Shown here piece after piece: positions 15,701 to 27,700 of a stretch of 37,738 bases of DNA (its first letter is position 1; the number at the start of each line of letters is the position of its first letter). The notes beneath the pieces were generated by a model. That model made no database searches, had not been told where the DNA came from, and was given only the letters and a program-made list of their open reading frames with translations. Both the position numbers and the translations under genes were made by a program. The DNA lies in NCBI GenBank assembly GCA_964637855.1, contig CAZWXM010000005.1, forward strand, positions 1 to 37,738, in the 5' to 3' direction. This DNA is from an uncultured Candidatus Saccharibacteria bacterium (lineage in GTDB: Bacteria; Patescibacteriota; Minisyncoccia; Phycocordibacterales; UBA918).

Positions 15701-18700
15701 ATACTCATACTCATGCCGTTACAGGCACACTTAGTGGACCAACTGGAACCACTAATGCTTCCAATGGACCAACAGCAGTTGCTACACAAGCTCATACCCA
15801 TACAATCAGTACGACGACAGCCTCTGATAGTAGTGAACCGCCATATATTGAGGCGATTCTAGGAAAGCTTAACGCTACCACCACACTTCCTAATGATGTT
15901 ATTACTATGTGGACCGACACAGCACCAACAGATTGGAATGCCGTCTCTACTACTTCTGAGCCATTTGAAAATCGTTTCCTTAAACCGGCAGCCACTTACG
16001 GTACTACTGGTGGAGCAAGCTCCCATACTCCGGCTAATGTAAATGGAATTGTATCGTCTGGACCTAATGCTACTAATAACCGACAAACAGCTGGTACATC
16101 AGATGCGCCAGGTGGACATACTCATACCGTTAATGTTACAGGATTTTCATCTACTACACATTTACCATCGTATCGTTCAGTTATCTTCGCTAAAAGAGCA
16201 GGGGGATCACCACCCGCTGCGCCAACTATTTATACATTGTTTGATAATGAAAAAACTGGCACTTCTTCACCAAAATTAGAATTTTCAGCTGAAGATACGG
16301 TTGGAACCGATTCGATGATTTATCAAGTGCAGTGGGACGATGATTATGATATAGCTACATCACCGTCAGGTGACAGAACTTCAGATATAGAAACGGGCTG
16401 TTCACCAAATTGTTTTGAAAATCTTACCACCCCGGCCGACACTAATCCGTTTAATGAAACAGAAAGAGTACGATTTACTATACAAGATACTTTGACTGAT
16501 GGAGTGACGTACTATTGGCGGGTACGAGCCATAAAAGAAACTGGTTCGACTTGGGGAACTTGGTCAGATATTCGTAGTTTTACTTATGTGGCAGACACCG
16601 ATCCTTCACAATGGATGCAAACTACAGATGATCAATTTGATCAGGGTGTGTTCAGTAATACAGAAACTTATGGCTCAAGTAGTGTACGGATTATTCAAGA
16701 TATTCCGACTGAAGCTTTGGTGGCCTATGGTGAAGGTGTGATTACTACGCCTAGATATAGAATTTGGAGCGGAACTGCTTGGAGTGCCGAAGCTGATGCA
16801 CTAGATATTGGTGGGGTGCCACAATGGGTGCGGGTAGTACCTGGAACCACTAGAGACGAATACATATTGGGTGTTCACGATGCCAACAATGATATTAATA
16901 TGCAGGTATTTGATGGTGTGTCTGACACCTGGGGAGATTTGCAGGAAGTAACTGCCACAGCTAATGACACAACTCGTCGCGCTTTTGATGTCACTTACGA
17001 AACAAACTCGGGCGACGCGATAGTGGTCTATTGTAGCGGTACCGATGCGGCGTATCGAACCTGGAATGGTGCCACTTGGTCTGCTGCCACTACCATTACG
17101 ACAGCTTCGACAAATAATTGTCATTATATATCGATGGCCTCTGACCCAACCTCCGATGAGATAGTAATGGTGGCGCGTGATACTTCGGCTGGTGCTACAG
17201 ATTATGAAGCGTTTGTGTGGAGTGGTTCGGCTTGGGGCAATGCTGTTACTCTTGGTTCTATTACTACTACCAACAATGAAGGTATGTCTATTCAGTATGA
17301 AGAATCAGGTGGACAGGCAATGGTAGTGACTGCAAACGGAGCTGGTAATAACTTCCTGTGGATGACATGGAATGGGACTGAATGGAGTACCCCAACTACG
17401 CAAGCGGTGGGTAATGACTTCCAGTGGGGAATTCTTAAGGCTGATGTAGGTTCAGACAAATTGGCACTTTGTTACATCGATCTCGATACCGATATTGGTG
17501 TAGTGCGTTGGGATGGAGAAGCTTGGAGTGCGTTTCAAGAATTTGAAACTGCTGGCTATACTTCTGCCGGACGTAATACAAGTTGTGAATTTGAAACTAC
17601 TTCTGGTCGTGATGGCAATATTATGATTCCGTATAGTGATACCACTAACTCCAGATACACTTTCTGGAATGGTACGGTTTTGTCTGCAGAAGCTTCAATT
17701 TCTACCATCACAGAAGCGTGGGAAATTGGTACTACTCGTACCGGTGATGGAAAAATATTGTCATATTTCCATGATTCCGTGAATACAAATTATGACTTTT
17801 CTTATTGGGACGGCACGGCTTGGTCAGCAGTACAGACTTTGGAAACTTCTGCTTCAGTAACGGCTAATCCACGTCGACAACCGGTCGGCATTACTGCTAA
17901 AATTTTCCAACCATCAGAAGGTACACTCACTTCCGATCCTGTGGATTTTGATTTGGTATCAAATCGTACAGAGTGGGGCGAAGCCTTATGGAGCACAACT
18001 GAACCAATTGGTTCAGAGGTAAAAATTCAAGTGCTCTATGCTACTTCCACTAATAATTATTGCGATACTTTAATTCCTAATGGTGATTTAGCTGGTAACA
18101 GTGCTGGTTTTGGAGCGACTAGTACTCCATTGGATTTGTCAGGATTGTCTACAACGACTTACAATAATTTATGTTTGCGTGCGACTATTTCCACCACAAA
18201 TAGTTCCATTCCGACACTTGATGATTGGACTATTTCATGGGAAAGACAACCCTATTTAGTACAATCTGCATATCGTTGGTATGTAAATGCTAATTCGGAA
18301 GACCCGAGTGATGTTTGGCCACAGGGAGCAACTGATTTAGCACTTAATGAATCTATACCAATAGATTATTCCCCTGGTTCGGGTGATGTTTTGCGTTTGC
18401 GCATGGCAGTAAGAAGTGACAATGCAACATTGTCCGCTTCTACCCAAGCCTTTAAATTACAATATGCGGAAACCTCTGGTAGTTGCACTTCCACAACAGC
18501 CTGGATTGATGTGGGAAGTCAAAGTAGTAGTACAGCAAAATGGCGTGGCTACGGCAACCTATTTGCTTTTGACGGTTCAGATATTTCGACTCTTTTACTA
18601 GGTTCCGATGTCGGGGGGTCTTATGAAGAGGAAAATGATTCGGCAGTTAATCCTAATGCTATAAATGTTGGCAATGAAGGTGAGTGGGATTGGGTTTTGC

Positions 18701-21700
18701 AACATAATAGCGCGACAGATGGAGTGCAGTATTGTTTTAGAATGGTGTTAGACGACGGTACTCCGCTTGATGATTATGAACAATCTCCGGCTCTTTTAAC
18801 CAATGCCTCACCAGTTGCACCGACTTTAGAAAAATTGTTTGATAATGAGCAAGTAGCCTCAACCACACCTTGGTTTGAATTTGTGACTACAGATACTGAG
18901 AATGATGGCGTGTCCTATCAGGTGCAGGTTGATAATAATTATGATTTTAGCTCGGTGGCACTAGACAGAAATTCAATCAGTAATGTTTCAGAATTTGAAA
19001 ATATTGTGAACTTGGCTGACAAAGATCCTTTTACAAGTGGACAAAATATACAATTTAAACCATCATCAGCGCTTTCTAATAACACAACTTACTACTGGCG
19101 AGTACGAGCTAAAGATGTTGACGGTTCAAATGATTGGGGAGATTGGTCTGCCGTTAGTAGCTTCACGGTAAATACTGGTACAACTGTAACTACCTGGTAT
19201 CAGACCGAACAAGAACAGTTTGCAACTAATGATTTTAATAATACTGAGGCCACTGCTTCAGATGATGTTATCTTAACTACTGGTTTTACTGTCGGTACTA
19301 CTACTGGTACATCAATTGACTATGATGCTAAAACTAATGGCAATGCCTGGGGTGAATTGTCATGGACTGATAATGAAACACTCGGTACTGTCACTTATCG
19401 GATTGAATATTTAAACGCTGAATCTTGGGAATTAGTGCCAGATTCTTATTTACCAGGAAACTCTTCGGGCTTCAATGCTTCACCAGTTTCCTTACTAGGA
19501 CTTGATCCTCAAGTTCATAATTTAATTAGGGTCAGAGCCAATTTGGTAAATACTACTGGTACACCAAGATTATTAGATTGGAAGGTTGAGTGGGGTTTTG
19601 CGGTAGAGCAACCAACTTTAGTTGACTTGTTTGATAATGAAAAGACTAGTACGACTACTCCAACCTTTACTTTCAATACAACTGATCCAGATTCTGACTC
19701 CGTTCAATACGAAATATCATGGTCAACTGATAACACTTTTGTTTCTGGCTCAACTACTCCGCTGTCGGGTGTGAGTAGTGGTTTTGCTAATGTTACTAAT
19801 GGGGGAGATACTTCACCATTTAATTCTGGAGATACTATCAGTTATACAATTCAATCCGGCGACGCCCTAACTAACAATCAAACCTATTGGTGGAGAGTTC
19901 GTGCTCGCGACCCTTTGGGTGGAAACGCTTGGTCTGTTTGGTCGGAAGCTAGAAGTTTTACTGTCGATACGACTGTAACTGTCTCAACTTGGTTTCAGAC
20001 TACAGATGAACAATTTGATACCAGTGATTTAACCAATACAGAAACTACTGGTAGCGATTCGGTAGAAATTACATCCATTATTCGCGAGGCTTTCACAGCT
20101 TATGCTGAAGGTACAGTACAAACACCGCGTTATCGCTTATGGAATGGTAGTACCTGGTCTACGGAAGCTTCAGGTGTTTCGGTGGGAGGGACGATTCGTT
20201 TTGTAGAATCAGCGGCTTCCTCATTCCGTGATGAATATATGATAGCTACACAAGATTCTACCGGGCGAGTACGGGCGCAGGTGTATGATGGAGTTAATCA
20301 AACAACTGGTGATTTAACAACAGTTGTAACTGCCGTACCGAGCACCCTTCGTCAAGGTTTTGATGTGGCATATGAATCTGATTCTGGCGATGCTTTGGTG
20401 GTGGCTTGTGAAGGAACTGAAGCCACTTATAAAGTTTGGGATGGATCTAGTTGGAGTGCTTCAACTGCTATCACTTTGGCGGTGACAGCCAACTGTAACT
20501 GGATAAGATTAGCCTCAGATCCAGTGTCTGATGAAATAATCTTAGTAGTTCGTGACGCTACCACAGGCGCTACTGACTACGAGGCTCAGGTTTGGAATGG
20601 TTCGGCTTGGGGTAATTCTATGACTATGGGTTCAATGTCAGAAGTGGGAGATGAAGGTATTGCGGTGGAGTATGAAGAGTCTGGTGACAGAGCAGTGGTG
20701 GTGGTATCAAACGGCTTAGCCGCTTCATTTGCTTGGAATTCTTGGAATGGTTCAGCTTGGTCGGGGGCGGCAACGCAAGCTTATCAGGATGACTTTGAAA
20801 ATGGTCGTCTAGTGCGCGACTTGGGTAGTGATAATATGGTCTTGTGTGGTATTGATCAGGATACTCAAATGCATATTTCGCGGTGGACAGGTTCGTCTAA
20901 TACATGGAATGCGTATACCACAGTTGAACTAACTGGTAATGCTAAAACTGGTCGGCCGATGGATTGTGTTTTTGAAACTACTACTGGACGTGATGGTTAC
21001 ATCATGATTCCTTATAGTGATACTACTAACGGTCGGTCACAATTTTGGGATGGTTCGGTCCTATCTGGTGAAGCATCAATTTCTACCATCCAAGATTCTT
21101 TTGAAGTACGTTCAACCCGTACTGGCGACGGAACAATTCTATCTGCATTTTATGATGATATTAATACTCAGTATGATTATTCATATTGGAATGGAACAGC
21201 CTGGTCAACTCATGAAACTCTAGAATCAACTGCTATTACCACCACTAATCCACCAACCATACCGCTTGATATTGTGGCGCGTGAATATCCAACCTTTACT
21301 GAAGGAACTGTGGTTTCTGATCCAATTGTTTTCTCTGAGGGTTCTGGTTTGAAGTGGCAACAAGCAGGTTTCACTGATACTACTCCTGGTGCTAGTACTA
21401 TCTTGTATCAAGTTGAATATTATAATGGTAGTACTTGGGCTTTGATTCCTGATGCGGCATTGGCTGGTAATGCGGCCGGATTCAATGCGACATCGATTGA
21501 TTTGTCAGCGGTTAGTCGAGTTATCTATAATACTATTCGCTTAAAAGCCAATTTGGCGTGTGTGGGAGGAGATTGTCCAACTCTTAGTGATTGGAAATTG
21601 GAATGGTCGGCAGGAATCAACGTCGCCGGTACTTTAAAACAATATGATCAAGTGGCTTCTACTACTTCAGGGACGATTGCTGTGGCTATAAATGGTGTTT

Positions 21701-24700
21701 TGCAATCGGGTAAAACTGCAACAGTATCAAATGGAGCTTGGTCAATTCCTAATGTAACCGCTTTTGAAGGCGATATTGTAACTGTGTTTGTATCTGGTGC
21801 AGCTGACAGTGCTGAAGCTGTCAGTGTGACTCGTTATGATGGTGATGGTGATATTGCTGGATTTACTATGTTTGAGCGACATTTAGCACTGGGTTCAAAC
21901 GATGCTACTTCTACTCCTCTTACTAATGCAGATGTTGGAATGTTTGATTATACCAACACCGAAGATATTTTCTTTAATGTTAACGGCACTACTCTCAGTG
22001 TGTGTTCTGATACTGGCTGTGGTGAAAGTGAACTCTATATAAAATCAGGTGTTTATTACACCCCAGCTGGTCTGATTGTGACCAATGACTTTGAAAATAA
22101 TGGTATTTTCACTGCCGGTACTTATACACATGAAGTAAATGGTTCCTGGGATAATAATGCTACTACCACCATGACAGGCTCAACAATTTTGTTTGCTGCT
22201 ACAAGTACTACCGAGACTATTGATAACACTGGGGCCGTGGCGGGAGGTTTTAATAATGTAACCTTTGGCACTACAACTGGAAATGGTACTTGGAATTTAA
22301 GTAGCACTCTGGACGTTAATGGAGCACTAACTGTCACTCGTGGTACTTTAGCTCGTGGTTCAACTGAAATTACTGTGGCTGGCAATGTTCTGACTGAAGC
22401 TAATGGTTTTTGGACTGGTACTGGCACCACTACCTTTGATGGTAGTACGGCAGCTACTTGGCGTAATCAAAATGCGACTATTCAGAATATCGGTAGGGTA
22501 GTTGTTGATGGTACTTCAAAAGCGGTAACTTTAGCTAGTAATGTGGCGGCTGAATCTATCACTATTGGAGCCAACGATACGCTTGATGCTTCGGTTAGTA
22601 ATTATGATATTACTGTTTATGATAGTTGGATTAATCAAAACAATTTCGTTGCTCGTTCTGGAGAGGTACTCTTTGCAGCGGGTTCTTCAGGTAAGACTAT
22701 TACGACGGCCGGTGACGCATTTTATGATTTGTCATTTACTGGGGTGGGTGGAGGATATTCATTTACAGAAGCAACTTTGTTGGTAAATAACAATGTCTCA
22801 ATCGCTACTGGAACCGTAACGATGCCAACTGGTACCACCACTATTGCTGGTTCATTTAATGCGACTGGGGGAACATTTGCTCATAATAATGGAGTTCTAG
22901 CCTTCACCGCTGGAACAGCTAAAACCATTACTTTTGCCGGTGGCGCCTTTACTAATACAGCTTATAATTTGTTCTTCAACGGAGCTGGTAGTTGGACGAT
23001 AACAGATACCAATGCAACTAGTTCTAATGATGTAACAGTAAGACTTGGTACACTTAATTTCCCAAGTGGCACAATGGCGATTGGCGGAAGTCTGGCAGAC
23101 ACTGGTGGAACCTATGCTGGAGGTACCGGTAAAGTACTCTTCTATAGTAGTGTGGCCGAGGTCTTAACGGCGGGCGGATCGAGCTTTAATGATGTTGAAT
23201 TTTCTGGCACTGGTTCTTGGTCATTTAGTGATACAACAGCAGCTGCTTCTGGGGATTTAATTGTTACTCAAGGTACTCTCACTTTACCAACTGGAACTTT
23301 CACTTTAGGTGGCTCATATACAAATAATGCAACGGTAGTCCCAGGAACTGGTACGGTTTTATTTAATTCGAGCGATAGTGGAGAAACTATTAATTTCGGT
23401 TCGTCTAGTTTGTATGACGTTAACTTCAATAGTGCAACGGGTGGTTGGACAATTACTGCTCCAGCTACAACTACTCATAATTTAAGTTTAACTAGCTTAA
23501 GTAGTTGGACTCTTAACTCCGGACAAACTCTGTCTGTCGGTGGAACTTTCACTAATTCAGTCGGCGGCGCTAGTACCACTTGGACAGGTTCAACTCTTAA
23601 TTTAAGCAGTGGAACCACATATTCTATTAATAATAAAAGCAACTTAGGTGATGTGTATAATATTTTGGAAGTTGGAACTAGCACTGATATCAAAATGTGG
23701 AATTCATCATCCACCGCGTATGTGATTAACGCTTCAGGATCGTTGTACTCGCAAGATCACAACGCTGTAGATGGAGATTTATATATCTTTGGTGCCTATG
23801 AGCGCACTTCAGGAACTGAGTATTGGAGTTATGCAACAGACTTTGACGGCACGGCTCTAGGAGGAAGTCCGCGACAAGTAGATGTACGCTTTGCGTCTGG
23901 TGCGAGTGCGACATTTGTTAGTTCGTCACTTCAGCTTGTTGGTACAGTAGGGAATATAACCGCGATAAATGGTCAGTCATCTTCTGATTACTACGGTATA
24001 GTACTTTCAAACTCAACAATCAATGCGGAGCACTACATATTCAGTCAGTTAAACTCTTCAGGATTGGTTTTAAATAATGGAACTATCATTGATTCGCTTG
24101 AAAATGGAGAATTTAATCTAAGTGCAATCGGTGGTACATCGATTACATTGTCGACCACGACTATAGACGCAAATCCAGCGCTTCAAATTTACAATGTTGC
24201 TTTCAATACGACATTAGGAACAAACCCAGGTGGAAATGGAGAGGACACCTTCGAGTTTTTCGACGACTTTGCTGATGGAAGTATTAATACAGGGAAGTGG
24301 ACTAAAGACATTGAGCTAGGAGCCATTTCAGAGACCAGCGGCTATTTGAGAGCGGGTGGTGGTATTACAAGCGGTAACTATGGACACACATCATTAGGCT
24401 CTGAAGTGGGTTATAGTGGATTCTTAGACAATGCTGTCATCTGGCGTGCAAGAAATGCAACTGATGGTATTGGAGAAATGGTCTTTAGAGGAGACTATGG
24501 TACCAATCGTGGGTACAAGGGTCGGTTTGATGCTCGAACAGGTACAAATGGTCAAGGAATTCTCGAGGTACCTTACTCAGGTTGGACATTTTCTAATGGA
24601 ACAGGCACTTGCACTTCAGATAGTGATGAGCCTGTAGCCAATACATGGTACACCTATCAGATAACAGCTAGTAGTAGTAACTATAAATTCTATCGTGATT

Positions 24701-27700
24701 CTGTGCTAAAGCGTGATTGTACTGACACAACCACTCTGGTGTCTGGAGAAATTGCCTTGCAAAACCACTATGGAAGTTACACTGATTTTGATTGGGTTGC
24801 GGTACGTAAGTTTGTGAATCCAGAACCAACACATAGTACGTGGGGCTCAGAAGAAGAGCCAACTAGTGGTGTGTATCGAAAAAGTCACATCATCGCTGGT
24901 ACAACAGCTGGAACACAGACAGATTACGTTTTACCAGTAACTGTAAACTTCGGCGCTGGTACAGATAGTGCCCAGACTATGTACTGTGGAGGAAATTGTA
25001 ATGGAGATTTTTCTGATGTGCAGTTCACTGATGCGTCAGGTATACCACTAGATTTCTGGAGGGAAGAATCTTATGTTGCAAGTACTTCTGCTACGTTCTG
25101 GGTCAAGCTCAGCAGTATTCCAGCTTCACCTGGAACTACAAGTATGTACTTGTACTACGGTAATGCAACTGGATTTAACGTAACTGTGCCTGGTGTGGCA
25201 GAGGCAGTTTCATATGTCTGGTTTAGAAATCATTCTGGAAATCTAGATGGAGAAGCAAATGATAATGATACTGGTGACCCAGGTTCTGTGCGATGGGACG
25301 ATAGTTCACTTACTATTACCATTTCCGGGAGAGTCTATAGTGATGCAGGTGTAACACCACTAATCGGTGGTACATGTAATGGTTCTGCTCCAGTGGTCAA
25401 GGTAGTAGTAAATGGTGGCTCTTCATACACAGGAAGCTGTAGTAATATTGATGGAACATTCAGTATCTCTGGGGTAGTAATAACTGGTGACCCAACCTTA
25501 ACAATTTATCTCGATGGTGCTTCGGGTGGAGAAAAAGCCACTGTCATTACTCGTACGCCGACTGCAAATATTACTAACCTCGATATTTACGCTAACCGAG
25601 TGATAGTTCGTAATGAAGATGTAGCCGCTACGACAATTGAAAACTTAGCAGTTTACGATAGTGCTGATGATGCAGATTTGCAATTTACGGCTGCTACTTC
25701 AACTAACCCGGATACTTTAACAGTTATGGCTAATAGCGAGTTGTTCGTATTTGCCTCATCAACCTTTGCTCCGGGAGGAGAAGTTACTTTACAAGCCAAT
25801 GCTACGGCTAACAGTTATGATGGAACTCTGTATCTAGATGATAATGCCACCTTCACTGGTTCTGGTACTAGTACTTACAGTATTGGTGGAAGGCTAGTGT
25901 TGGATAGTAATGCTGTCTTTTCAGCGGCTAGCTCAACAGTTTTAATGACAGCGACCACGACCGGAAAGAGTATTACCGCTAGTGCACCAATTACGTTTAA
26001 TGATTTAGTCTTCAATGGAATAGGTGGTGGTTGGAATCTAGGAGCTAATATTGTAATTAATGGTGATATGACTATCACGAATGGTACTGTCACTGGAACT
26101 GGAAATATTTCACTTGAAACCGGCTCATTGACTGGAGATGGAATTCTTTCATTGGGAGCAGGTACAACCACAATTAAAACTTCTAATACATTAGGTGGTA
26201 ATAGTGCCTGGACCTTCTACAATCTAACTCTTGGTAATGCTTCTCAAGTAGGTACAACCACTCCAGTTTTCACAGCCACTACTACAGTTGCTGGTAAACT
26301 AACTATTCAAACCGCTCATTACTTGGCGGCTGGTAGTACAAAATGGGACTTAAGTGGTACCGGTACAGTCTTTGTTGAGACTGGTACTTTTGTCGAAGGA
26401 GCCAGTACAGTTCGTTACAGTGGAGCAGGGGCCAATGTCTTATCGACCCAGTATTACAATTTAGATATTAATTCTGGAGCTGGTAGTCAAACCTATACCG
26501 CGACCGGTTTAGGAATTATTGTTGATAATGATTTAACTATTGGTGGTGCAGCTGGCAGTATTCTAAATCTAAATACCAACGACCCACTCTTTGATGTAAA
26601 TGGAGATTTAACTATTCATTCCAACGGAACTTTGAGCGCAAGTAACAGCGGTACCTTAACTATTGCTGGTAATTACGACAATAACGGTGTCTTTACTGGA
26701 AATGGGGGAACGATTACTTTCAATGGTTCTGTCACGTCAGACATTGCGGCCGGCAGTAGTAGTTTCAGTAGTGTTTTAATTAACTCTACCGGCGACATTA
26801 CAATTTCTGAACCAGCGACCACCACCGCCACCTTTAATTTATTAAATGCTAATAGCTTCACCTTAAATAGTGGACAGACCTTAGCGGTGAGTGGTAATTT
26901 CTACAACAACTTAGGTGGGGCAGCCACTGTATGGACTGGTTCTACTCTGAATTTGTCAGGTGGAAATAATTATTCAATTAATACTTCAACCACTTCTGAT
27001 AGTTACGCTACTATTGATATAGATGGGACTACACAAATTAGAATGTGGAACTCTGATGCTAGTGCTTACAACGTTGAGTCAACGGCTTCATTGTATTCAC
27101 AAGATCAAGCGGGAGTGAGTGGAGACTTGTACATCTGGGGTGATTACCGAAAAACTGCTGGTACTGATTATTGGAGTTACGATACTGATTTTGATGGTAC
27201 TAGCTTATCTGGTAGCGAAAGAAAAGTAGATGTTTACTTCAATTCGGGCTCGAGCGCTACTATTAGCGGCGGGGCTATTTATATGATTGGTACCTCTAGT
27301 GCTTCAACTACTGTCCAAAATCAGGGTGCTGGTACCTACGGTTTATTAGTGGGAGGGAATGCTTTAGCTTCATTCTCAAATTATGAAATCCGAGATATTA
27401 ATAGTTCTGGTTTAGTATTTTCAGGTACTCCAACAATTGTAAATATTTCTCGGGGTGATTTAGAAGTTTCTCAAACTGGTGGCTCTGCTATTACGGTTGG
27501 TGGTACCGTCATAACCCAAAATCCAGCTAAAACTTTTACTGATAACCGATTTGCACTAAATGGAGCGGCTTCTGGATTCAACGTCACTGCGACTGGAACT
27601 ACGTTAAGTTCATGGCGTTTTACTAACTACACTGGCGATATTTCAGGTGAAGGTTTCGACGTTGATCCAGACGGTGACCCAGGATATATCGTTTGGGATG

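Noticed and set aside
15241-16197. Prophage or phage remnant suggested by the tail-collar-like repeats
   Set aside because: The modules are internal to the giant cellular ORF. No capsid, terminase, integrase or other phage genes flank them.
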